From: a virus
Strand: one strand, 5' to 3'
Virus record (IMG/VR): IMGVR_UViG_3300044966_000489
Length of the DNA: 64,000 nt
The notes beneath the pieces are model-generated. The model worked only from the letters and a program-made list of their open reading frames with translations, was not told the origin of the DNA and made no database searches. Below, one piece after another: positions 28,901-35,948 of this stretch. A program made the position numbers and the translations under genes. Within the stretch, counting starts at the first letter, position 1. Each line of letters opens with the position of its first letter.

Positions 28901-31900
28901 AGTATATTCGTCTAAATTTTCAGAAATTTCTTGTGCTGTTTTTCCAGAAAAAATCTCTTTATAAATAGCACTCTTTTGTATAGCTTTTGACAATGCTCCG
29001 TAAATCTTAGGAGTTTCAAAAATTGGGTTTAATTGTTCTGCATCAATCATCTGGCCAAGTTCTTGTGAAGCTAAGTATTCATTTGCTACATTAGATTTTG
29101 TAGATGATTCGTTATCTGGGAATTGTTTTACTCCTAGATTTCCTCTTAATGCAGAAAATGTTCCAAAAAATCCGGGTTTTCCTAATTGCATTCTAGCAAA
29201 GTTAGGAATATGACCCGATGAATAATTAGATACGAAATCTCTAAACTTTGAAGCTTTGCCCTCATCAATAATAGATTTGTTTTGCTTATAAGTAGAAATG
29301 ATGAAGTTCATCAACTCGGGAGTCAGAGAACCTTGAATTTCTTTTAAATAAGAACCCACTTGCTCTGCGTTAGCTGCCCAAACGCTTGCCATTGATTTAG
29401 CATGAGCTTCTCCTTCTGTTCTATTAACTTGGTGAGCGGCTTCATGAAAAACAGTATCTAATATTTCTCTAGAATAGATGTCTCTAAATTTACCAACTGA
29501 TTTTATTTTCTTTCCTTGTTTAGCTTTTTCTTGAGAAATCTTTCTAATTCTATCTATAACTGTCTCTACATGAGCAAATGGTTCAACTATAGATTTCGTA
29601 CCTACTTCTTTTGATGAAGCAGTATTTAAACCCATCCAATTAGCTCCAACAGCTAAACCTCTAAATGAAGCATTAGCCATTCTTGGATCAAAAATCTCAG
29701 AAGCCTGTCCAATTGTTTGTTCAAAAACGCTTTTTAAAGCAGCACCAAAATTTTGGAATTTAGGATTTCCAGCAATACTCTCCATTGTTCCTTTAGGCAA
29801 AGAAGAAGAAACATCAAGAAGCTCAAGATCAGAACCCATTTGATAAGAAGGGACATTCCTAACGCTATCTTCTTGAGCGCGTTTTAATTGTGCAGCTAAA
29901 TCCTGTACGGCAGATTTTGCCATTTTGCCTAATGGCCCTCTTAACTCAGTTCTGTCAGTATTCCAAGGATAATTTGGATCACCTGCACCAACATTACTCC
30001 TAACATTAAACATTAAACTTTTAGGAATATAGTCTACTCCTTCTACTTTATAGTTAGCATACTTCATTCCCTCTGACAGCATGGGAATCTGAGCGTATCC
30101 ATAAGTTTTTTGAGGATCTCCTTGAGGATCAAACAATATATCTACTTCTCCACCTTCTGCCGTTAAAGTTCTTTGTACTGAAGATTTACTAGGATCAAAT
30201 TTAGAAAAATAATATTTTCTATAGCTAGGATCTTCATTTCTAGTATTAATTGTTTGCCTCAATAAACCAGAAGAAGCAGTAGTAAATTTAAATGGAAGTT
30301 CTGCTACTTTTCCTGCTCTATTCTCTAAATAACTTCCATAAGATATATAACCCTCTTTAGAAGGAGAAGCAGCGAAAGTGGTTCCCATTATTGGAGTATT
30401 CTTTTTTTCTGGATTGACTTCTCTCCAAAACATTTTTAACCCATCAAAATTTAAATCACCTCTTGGTTGATTAAAAAGAGTTTCATCTAAACTTATTTTG
30501 CCCTTTTGTATGAAATTATTCCATCCTTCTGGGGTTCCAGAAACAATTGTTCTTATCTTTCTACCATTTATTTCTTTTATAGTATCAAGAAGGAACTTCT
30601 TGGAACCCATGAAAATAGAAGCTTTTCCCATTCCAAATCCAGATAATCCTTTATTACCTCCTTCATTTCCTGTTTGAGCATATGGTAAAAATTTAGTGAA
30701 TACATCTTCTGGAGACATTCCAGTGCCAACATCACTAATTGCAAACTCATTTGGCTTTCCATATCCGCTTACTCCAATGAAAACTCCCTTTTCTTGTCCT
30801 GATTGACCGTGAGCGACAGCGTTTTGCAAAGACTCTCTAAATACTGTTTCGGGATTAATATCCATTTGTGCTAAATTAATTCCCATTAATCTAGCAGTAT
30901 TTACTGTTTGAAAGTCTTTTTGAGCAAAATTTGGTATAAAACCTTTTGAAAATCCAGTACTAAGTTGACTTACCTTTTTTTCTTGAGCCTTAAAATGCTC
31001 TGCCATTTGTAGGCCGAATTTCTTCTTAACTTTACCAATAAACGATCTTACAGCATCATCATTATTTCTTAATTTATAATCTCCATATTGATCTCCAAAT
31101 CCGGGGAAAAACTGTCTTACATTTCCAATATTTCCCCCAATTACGTCAAAATCTCCAACACCACCACCAGATTGATCTCTTGTGTAATTAGCGGCTAAAT
31201 TAGTAGAAGCTTCAAAAATAGTACCAGCAAGAACAGAATAATTTTTACCTGCCTTATTAAAAAATTCATCAACAGAAGCATCCGAATATTCTCCGGGTCT
31301 AATATAATTAGCAATTTGTTTTGTTGTTCTGCGAGAGAAATCTGCTGTTTGTGTAATTAGATTAGTTTTTTCTTCGTTTTGAGAAGACGAATTTAAAGCA
31401 TAAGATTTAATCTTAAAAGCTCTTCCGTCTTCTTTTCTCTTAGTTAATATTTCTTCGGTCTTTTCATCTGCAAATAGTTCCTTATTTTTTGCATCTAAAT
31501 CAAATACAAGCATTGAAGCAGGAGGAACATAAGGATCATAAACTTGCTTAATTCCTTCTTTGATATTTTCTTGACCTGCTATTTTCTTTCCGGGTGCAAA
31601 GTCGCGTCTAATAGCGTTTAAATCTGATATAGCTCCAGATTTCCATCTTGGATCATCTTTTAAAAGACTATCTGGAACATACTTTCTAATGTCTCCATAA
31701 GTAGCCCCTCTTCTCACAAATGTATTTAAATCATTTGCAGTAAAAGCAGAACCATCAGTTTTATAAAAACCTTTATCTTGACTCCAAGCTGCCGATGTTC
31801 CAGTTGTAATTTGAGAAAGAGAAACGGGAGCAGATAGACCAGACCCAAGCCACCAATCATTATCTCCATAAGAAGGATTGGTTAAAGGTTTTGGAGCAAA

Positions 31901-33796
31901 ATTAGGAATGAATCCTTTAGCCATGTAAGGATTAATTCCATTTTTAGCCATGGATTTTGAAGCTAATTGAGTTGCTGCGCGAGATCCTTGAGGAGGAAGA
32001 ATATAAGGTTGAGCGAAACCGGGAATATATTTAACTGTTTCGGCAGTATTCATTATTCCGCCAATTGACTTTGGAGCAGCAACTACTCTACCGGGAGTAT
32101 AACCACCTTGCATAGCTCCAACCATCTCTGCGGCTTGCTGTTTAGCTGGAATATACCCTTCTGCGCTTCTTCTTCCAACAATAGTATTCTTTTCAGAAAC
32201 TCTTAAGCCTGAAGCTAAAAATCTACCGCCTATATCAATAGAAGAATTTTTAATCTGTTCTGCTAAAGCAGCTTGTTCTATAAGAGTTTGTTTTATTTGC
32301 TGCTCTACTTGCAAGCGAGTTCTAGATCCAGAAATAATGTCTTTAATTAGATCGGGATTATCAGAAAGAATTTTACCAATTTCTGATTGTAAAACAGCTT
32401 GTTGTCTTCCAAGAGTATTAAGTCCCAAAAGATTTTTAGTTGCATCTCCAGCGAATTTAGTAAAGTTAGCTAATAGTTTTCCAATTGCAAACGCTCCAAT
32501 ACCTAAACCGGGACCAGTTATAAAATTAGTAACACCACTTAATACACCAGTCGCAATTTTTTCGCCAACTCCCTCTGCGTCTTTTTCATTGTAAGACTCT
32601 AAGCTTGAATTAATATAGCCCAAAACTTTTCTAATTCCGGGTCCAACGCTTGCTTCTCCAATTGAGGTAGCAAATTTTGTAAAATTAATAGTTGTTTCAT
32701 TAAGCAAAGCAGAAAGACTTTCGTTTAATGCTTTATTCTTTAAGATAGCTTCGTCTGCTGCCTTAGAGGAAGTTCTTGTAGCTTCTGCGAATGCAGAATT
32801 TTGTTTTGATACGTCTGCTAATGCCGCTTTTAAAATGTTAATTTGATAAACACCACCAACAAGTTCAGCAACTTGAGATTTAATAACAGGATTTAAATTT
32901 TGAAATGACTGAGCCAAGTTTTCAATAACTTTAATCGTTGGCAAAGCATTTCCTGAAATATCAGTAACAGCAATACCAAAGTCTTTCAAATCACTGATAA
33001 CTTGAGGTCTTTCTATTCTTGTAAAAATAGTCTTTAAAGCGTTACCGATTACAGCACCACCACGGGCAGTTGTTTGCTGAACAGAAGTAACAATACCTAA
33101 CAATTCATCAAAACTAACTCCAGCTTCGCTGGCTGAAGAACCTACACGCTGAATAGCTTCGGACAAGTCTCTAGAACTAACTGCGAATTTAGCGTCAACG
33201 GCGGCTAACTTATTTACTACATCAGTTGTAGTGAGAGCTTCTTTTGTAAATGAGTTTACAGCAGCAGTAAGAGCCTCAGTACTAGAAACGACATCAAGAC
33301 CAGAAAGACGAGTTAAGATAAGAGCATCTCTTGTTCTCTTTAATGTCTCTTCTAATCCCAAACCTTGTCTTGAAAATTCTGTTGCAGCACTGGCTACATC
33401 TTTAAAAGCCGATCCAGTATTTTTTGCTACACTAAATAACTGATCTCCAAATTGCTTGATACCCTTAGAAGATGTATTTAATACTACATTGATATCAGTA
33501 AGAGACTTTTCTACTTCGATAGTAGTATTTACTAAAGAGGAAAATGACTTTTGAACTGCAAAAATAAGACCAGCAGAAGCTCCGAATGCGACTACACGGG
33601 CATTTGAAGCTTCCAAAGACTTTTGGAATTCATTAGCTAAACCAGTAATTTTACCCAGTGGTTGAGAAAAATTTCTTGTATTTAGAGAAAGATTACTCTT
33701 GCTCTGGATACGGTTCAACGCCGACAACACATCTTTTTCAAGTTGCGCGGCAGCAAATGTCGCTGAAATGGGAATATTTCCTGCTGATGTAGCCAT
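22925..33796 (-). CDS. Tail tape measure protein (TP901-type N-terminal domain) carrying internal enzyme-like cargo domains
   Basis: 3623 aa. N-terminal TMP domain (ATEFSRQG...VDAKFAVSSRDL...TARGGAVIGNALKTIF), long helical regions and hydrophobic segments. Two C-terminal D[DN][VI]PA[ML][ML]xGGEYV repeats typical of TMPs. Lies downstream of tube and chaperone genes. Confidence 0.9.
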   Translation of the reverse strand: MATSAGNIPISATFAAAQLEKDVLSALNRIQSKSNLSLNTRNFSQPLGKITGLANEFQKSLEASNARVVAFGASAGLIFAVQKSFSSLVNTTIEVEKSLTDINVVLNTSSKGIKQFGDQLFSVAKNTGSAFKDVASAATEFSRQGLGLEETLKRTRDALILTRLSGLDVVSSTEALTAAVNSFTKEALTTTDVVNKLAAVDAKFAVSSRDLSEAIQRVGSSASEAGVSFDELLGIVTSVQQTTARGGAVIGNALKTIFTRIERPQVISDLKDFGIAVTDISGNALPTIKVIENLAQSFQNLNPVIKSQVAELVGGVYQINILKAALADVSKQNSAFAEATRTSSKAADEAILKNKALNESLSALLNETTINFTKFATSIGEASVGPGIRKVLGYINSSLESYNEKDAEGVGEKIATGVLSGVTNFITGPGLGIGAFAIGKLLANFTKFAGDATKNLLGLNTLGRQQAVLQSEIGKILSDNPDLIKDIISGSRTRLQVEQQIKQTLIEQAALAEQIKNSSIDIGGRFLASGLRVSEKNTIVGRRSAEGYIPAKQQAAEMVGAMQGGYTPGRVVAAPKSIGGIMNTAETVKYIPGFAQPYILPPQGSRAATQLASKSMAKNGINPYMAKGFIPNFAPKPLTNPSYGDNDWWLGSGLSAPVSLSQITTGTSAAWSQDKGFYKTDGSAFTANDLNTFVRRGATYGDIRKYVPDSLLKDDPRWKSGAISDLNAIRRDFAPGKKIAGQENIKEGIKQVYDPYVPPASMLVFDLDAKNKELFADEKTEEILTKRKEDGRAFKIKSYALNSSSQNEEKTNLITQTADFSRRTTKQIANYIRPGEYSDASVDEFFNKAGKNYSVLAGTIFEASTNLAANYTRDQSGGGVGDFDVIGGNIGNVRQFFPGFGDQYGDYKLRNNDDAVRSFIGKVKKKFGLQMAEHFKAQEKKVSQLSTGFSKGFIPNFAQKDFQTVNTARLMGINLAQMDINPETVFRESLQNAVAHGQSGQEKGVFIGVSGYGKPNEFAISDVGTGMSPEDVFTKFLPYAQTGNEGGNKGLSGFGMGKASIFMGSKKFLLDTIKEINGRKIRTIVSGTPEGWNNFIQKGKISLDETLFNQPRGDLNFDGLKMFWREVNPEKKNTPIMGTTFAASPSKEGYISYGSYLENRAGKVAELPFKFTTASSGLLRQTINTRNEDPSYRKYYFSKFDPSKSSVQRTLTAEGGEVDILFDPQGDPQKTYGYAQIPMLSEGMKYANYKVEGVDYIPKSLMFNVRSNVGAGDPNYPWNTDRTELRGPLGKMAKSAVQDLAAQLKRAQEDSVRNVPSYQMGSDLELLDVSSSLPKGTMESIAGNPKFQNFGAALKSVFEQTIGQASEIFDPRMANASFRGLAVGANWMGLNTASSKEVGTKSIVEPFAHVETVIDRIRKISQEKAKQGKKIKSVGKFRDIYSREILDTVFHEAAHQVNRTEGEAHAKSMASVWAANAEQVGSYLKEIQGSLTPELMNFIISTYKQNKSIIDEGKASKFRDFVSNYSSGHIPNFARMQLGKPGFFGTFSALRGNLGVKQFPDNESSTKSNVANEYLASQELGQMIDAEQLNPIFETPKIYGALSKAIQKSAIYKEIFSGKTAQEISENLDEYTGERRGFVQLAEIIADRATSQINAGGRMEAVDLTQNLGNMMYNQVAEGILSKISRRNYEKLLKSIESKDNKDAEAQIDRILSSIFTKGGKVSIVDTGMFNLGSGLASKRKSSLGSLGYEDDFRFASGYIPNFNPVMEAMNREMSAGYSASQVRLGRSDKLKTSFNPMGLGVYNSTEGSLNNGIGLAEKAGIDPKTKGMSARGHIPNFAEFGGADAFILIAAFGTLSTALKEVAGSLRTLKGSSDTLIKSNASAAASYSQQIGQIPKDFKKSQKAISDEIERTFTNVNKTTLKLQGTATGPLVGKTTRDQFGIVTSSPVAASPEQVARLEELRKQQSELRKKAREELSAAREGRRQAQENIRQAQAPVFSRASFASGGQADRYVRGLGTQIGLIGSVASNIGGQFISPENKTGRAAASGLGDIASFAGLGAQFGPYGAIAGVILGAGSALIKLKDAKAEEAIDKINKSLGETKERSAEFSGAAQNYSTSLEGLQNALNDPKTKPEALLKFQNNLTEALNSIPEQFRSKVLAAGTEISKVTEAIGEVNKEMANTQKNLERQLAITQFIEKQSSFLGRSSLKPKDQEVFNRLFTSSIRSEDITKKFTGENAAADFSKFIDSLKSQAIIYSQETIGPYGSRIGAQPMVNKESVENIKAQLKQNTVIPEEIIDQLDKAFAEFDTVALSSLFDSLKKAGIDVFDFAKRSKNLGEILAENTKRLKENEEVLKSLNSQYNSINLQISNQIDIEKNRAQTIREINKIQAEGAVSIQRARVKGLLESATPFISESSKSDIQNQLDLNEITSRQNSKIQEASNKLLDSFSNTIIKKSEEARSKVIPAIEGAKSENAIQQERAVFQNQIQKLTPLIAESLKQINSGGNIGDIQTNLINNIRGFSQFKPEERDVLVQTLEVSFGEFQNTLAEIKAQGDIDIQIQEAQREYQKQSLELNQRLSFAGGAQALSSTGKAGVSELFDNISELVSEFRQTNVAGNAAQRGSSAFKLLDVLTNQLQLNRSIGQPSGFIGPSASGSAFNNQVSSDLNPLVGTAIAGRVQQIRESVDLARRVTEIQMGKPTAGTALGTAFDQAKEGAVKTALDQITSQFKLENMGNYLDVLQQEARFLNDLTQDQNSILEKTLPTTINENFNRVITEQVGSKLDSLTTSLQGVINKLGVATKRNALESEMFNKLPADVSPADRQAILNRIAASQNLRDTEGSISMQTNNAEAGIRLAREKEIKKLQDYFKSFDLVTVTGAEGAFTEAYKNLIGDPSKVSRDDYGNITGGVSYGKGYYGTGTSRETINNAVVLQEDLGSSYEDQLRNQKRLEQLIASREKSIGRPEINLSGTYKGLTQDINRDFKVSMAEETVKSIKSAQEELRRLDSASPLMSVGNKSTAPSLQDIIDKYGLADQGGAKRNLPTQLAQGRANLDSINNLLLARLENDKQLVDLNEKVNNLLKEDLNDTKKREDLIKLQTELRKKTLEQEGKVAEELYNLYYKGSFGETFFKDERAAFANARIENEARQGRVAIGAITEKNTTYNRADFARDTGQLIDTFQTDFKSGIASAFGEAIKGTKTLKDAFRDMFQGILNRMLDKSLEMGVDALFAFGKAATGRKDGGLIRGYNSGGMVVGGSGMKDDVPAMMSGGEYVIKKSSVKKYGSDYLRALNGGLVPKYAVGGFSMGPLQNEFLYDNPDRPTSGEFAVDSRLSAAALTDENNPQNRLRQDRYEKLDQYLQDRSQYEKDKQQAIKNYKNQVNSTFYSGLTAAAVQLGAAGLTVGAANMRTNAATSAARGLEPGGNLTQAQLNAQYARNLRSNGGYIARFAGGGSTGKDNIPALLMGGEYVMNKKAVDMYGRDFMNQLNTGTLPKYASGGMVGTSYTAGQNTPESSVTELVAALNTLNENLSKGNDITQAESGKISAAGANQESGMSVVNNISINVAQSGEVTSEANATTQNGGSNTNKDQNNIQNNAKLAELLRSKVVEVLVEQKRPGGLLYASR
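28283..31915 (-). repeat. Five copies of the G-[FYH]-I-P-N-F peptide linker inside the TMP
   Basis: GFIPNF 31898-31915 (aa 628), GFIPNF 30926-30943 (aa 952), GHIPNF 29198-29215 (aa 1528), GYIPNF 28508-28525 (aa 1758), GHIPNF 28283-28300 (aa 1833). Degenerate GYIPA near 32147-32158 (aa 547). Confidence 0.9.
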
Positions 33797-33818
33797 ATAT
33801 CCTTAAACCTAAGAATAA

Positions 33819-33824
33819 TTACAC
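33819..33824 (-). promoter_or_regulatory. GTGTAA motif upstream of the TMP gene (candidate late promoter)
   Basis: The minus strand reads TAA-GTGTAATTATTCTTAGGTTTAAGGATATATG, with an AAGGA Shine-Dalgarno before the ATG. Confidence 0.45.
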
Positions 33825-34841
33825 TTAAACGCCGTGTAATTTGATTAAATCTTCAAAACTTAATGAGCCGCCTTTTTTCTTTGCGGCTTCATCTAGAGAG
33901 ATGGCTCCAGTATTGTCTTGCTTTAATTTCTTTAGGTCTTCCTTGGTAGCTCCCATGACAGAAACTGCCTGAACCGCTGTTTCTTTACCTGAAGCAGCGT
34001 TCTTATCTTCATGTAATTTTTCAAGATTACTGCTAGACTCATACCAATCAATAATCTTATCTACATCATCATTATATTCATCAGGATGCTTGACGCTAGA
34101 CTTGCTCATCAAGTCTTTGAAGTATCTAGCGTATCCAAACAATTCAACCTGATAGAATGTCAAATGAGTAACTGGCTTACCAAAGAAAAAGAAGGGATTA
34201 TCCTCTGCTAAGTAAAAATAATTAAGGAAAAATCCGCTAACTCCTATTCTTTTTATATTATGGTTATTGAACTTTTGGGCGCATTTAGAATATGCACCAA
34301 CTAAATTAAATAATTCAACTTGATCTATATCTTCAAATTCTTCTAATGTAAAAGCCTGTTTTTCGCATTTTTCATCAACGTATACAGAATAATAAATATA
34401 AAACTCATTCATTCTTTTGCCCGAATAAGTCTCGCAAGTGTTTTCTAGGAGATCGTCTTTCTTTTGCTGTAACCGATTAGTTTCTTCAGTTATCTCTTTC
34501 ATCTGCCTATCAATATTCTCCAAGTCTCTAGTTAAGTATAATTTGCGGCGAGTTTTCATTAAATTCGCAAGAGTAAGTCTATTATTTTCTATCTTTTTAT
34601 CGTCTTTTTCGTTGTATATATTTTCTTTAATTAGCTCTTTTATCTTTTCTTCGTTTGTTGGAATACCTTGGGATTTAGCTTTGTTATAATAGTAATTTTC
34701 TTGAACTTCAATTGTTCCTGCGTCTTTTGGAGACATATGCTTAACATAGTAAGTCTTACCATTTAATTTAAATGAAGAAGACCCAGTTACTATATCCCAA
34801 TAAAGAGATTTTAGATTTTTATTAAAAGCTTCTAGATCCAT
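33825..34841 (-). CDS. Putative tail assembly chaperone (long, gpGT-like position)
   Basis: 338 aa, immediately upstream of the TMP. Its N-terminal two thirds are paralogous to the 246-aa upstream gene. Confidence 0.55.
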   Translation of the reverse strand: MDLEAFNKNLKSLYWDIVTGSSSFKLNGKTYYVKHMSPKDAGTIEVQENYYYNKAKSQGIPTNEEKIKELIKENIYNEKDDKKIENNRLTLANLMKTRRKLYLTRDLENIDRQMKEITEETNRLQQKKDDLLENTCETYSGKRMNEFYIYYSVYVDEKCEKQAFTLEEFEDIDQVELFNLVGAYSKCAQKFNNHNIKRIGVSGFFLNYFYLAEDNPFFFFGKPVTHLTFYQVELFGYARYFKDLMSKSSVKHPDEYNDDVDKIIDWYESSSNLEKLHEDKNAASGKETAVQAVSVMGATKEDLKKLKQDNTGAISLDEAAKKKGGSLSFEDLIKLHGV

Positions 34842-34845
34842 ATAC

Positions 34846-34872
34846 TAAAAAGCCCCCGCTCTCGCAGGGGCT
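34846..34872 (-). terminator. Rho-independent terminator between the two chaperone-like genes
   Basis: Minus strand AGCCCCTGC-GAGA-GCGGGGGCT followed by TTTTAG: 9-bp stem (one G-U pair), GNRA loop, short U tract. Confidence 0.7.
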
Positions 34873-34893
34873 AGGATTAATTAACGCAAGAAA

Positions 34894-35634
34894 TTAAAAG
34901 ATTTTTTGTTCTAACTTTAGCACATCGAAGTCCTCCTTCGAATTTGCTCTACCGACGTACCAGAAACTAATAAAGTAAATGAAAGCGTTAGCTACTTTTA
35001 CTAGATGAGGATCTTCTGATTCAAAGATTTCGTCATACCTGTTCATTCGGGCTTCATAATCTCCTTCACCAAAGAATGGTTGTTTCTCCCCGTTTTTCTC
35101 ATAGTATGACAAAAATAATATCCACCAAGTAATTACTTTATTACGCGCCCTTGTTTCTGCGGTATTGTCAAACAACGACTCTTTTTGTACCTCTAGTTCT
35201 GTTAGAGAGTTTTTAATTACAGTAATCTTGGTTTCTAGCTCTTCTTTTTTAGCTGTAAAATAATCTGGTCGATCTTTCTCTTCTAAAGCAAGAAGTCTTT
35301 GCAACTCGTTTTGAGCATCATACAAATCCTTATAAGCATCTGCTTCTGCGTTTTTAGTTCTATCTGCTAAAATTCCACCATCATCAACATATCTCTTATT
35401 TAGTAGAGTACGAGTAAGAAGACCAGCTTTTACTCCTTCAGAAAGCTTAACGCCATAAAACAATTCAGCTTCGTCAAACAAAGCTCTAGTAGGCTTTTTG
35501 ATAAAATAGTTATGAGGAATCTGAGTAGTTACATCTTTGGTAATCGTGACTTTTTGACCAGCCTCGTTTACAGACTCTTCTGTCTCTTTTACAACGCCTT
35601 CTTTATTTATTGCAAATTCGTATATCGTTTTCAT
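34894..35634 (-). CDS. Putative tail assembly chaperone (short, gpG-like position)
   Basis: 246 aa, charged and helical, between the tube and TMP genes. Paralogous to the 338-aa gene. Confidence 0.55.
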   Translation of the reverse strand: MKTIYEFAINKEGVVKETEESVNEAGQKVTITKDVTTQIPHNYFIKKPTRALFDEAELFYGVKLSEGVKAGLLTRTLLNKRYVDDGGILADRTKNAEADAYKDLYDAQNELQRLLALEEKDRPDYFTAKKEELETKITVIKNSLTELEVQKESLFDNTAETRARNKVITWWILFLSYYEKNGEKQPFFGEGDYEARMNRYDEIFESEDPHLVKVANAFIYFISFWYVGRANSKEDFDVLKLEQKIF

Positions 35635-35852
35635 TATAAATCTATATTATTTAGTTCTTCTTCGAACTGTCTGATAGTATCATTGCCAGAATCAAGAACT
35701 TTTTTTCTTAGCCTTTGATACTTATCTTCAGAGATATTATAACCATCTTCTTTTAAATCTTCAAGTAAGATTAAAAAGTTTTTATATAGATTAATAACTT
35801 TACGCCGATTTTGAAAGAGAATAAACTCTTTCATTTTTATATCCATAGCCAT
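35634..35852 (-). CDS. Small hypothetical protein
   Basis: 72 aa with an AAAGGT Shine-Dalgarno upstream. Its stop overlaps the next start (TAATG), indicating translational coupling. Confidence 0.6.
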   Translation of the reverse strand: MAMDIKMKEFILFQNRRKVINLYKNFLILLEDLKEDGYNISEDKYQRLRKKVLDSGNDTIRQFEEELNNIDL

Positions 35853-35884
35853 AATACCTTTGAAATACCTTTACCTAATAATCT

Positions 35885-35890
35885 TTACAC
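35885..35890 (-). promoter_or_regulatory. GTGTAA motif (candidate late promoter) just downstream of a terminator
   Basis: Minus strand GCGTGTAAAGATTATTAGGTAAAGG upstream of the 72-aa gene. Confidence 0.45.
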
Positions 35891-35894
35891 GCAT

Positions 35895-35931
35895 AAAAAC
35901 AAAAAAGCCCCAGTTTTTAGGCTGGGGCTTT
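35895..35931 (-). terminator. Rho-independent terminator after the major tail tube gene
   Basis: Minus strand AAAGCCCCAG-CCTAAAAA-CTGGGGCTTT followed by TTTGTTTTT. Confidence 0.8.
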
Positions 35932-35948
35932 GAAGTTAATATTTTAGC

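Noticed and set aside
28283-31915. Inteins or introns as the explanation for the TMP insertions
   Set aside because: The blocks do not start with Cys/Ser or end in His-Asn, no LAGLIDADG or HNH motifs were seen, and the reading frame is continuous.
22925-33796. Estimating tail length from total TMP length
   Set aside because: It is unknown whether the ~1,200-aa cargo region is extended in the tube, so the usual per-residue rule cannot be applied reliably.
34842-34920. Programmed frameshift joining the 246-aa and 338-aa chaperone-like genes
   Set aside because: No in-frame X XXY YYZ slippery site near the end of the first gene. The downstream frame has a TAG two codons before its ATG, and a terminator lies in between.
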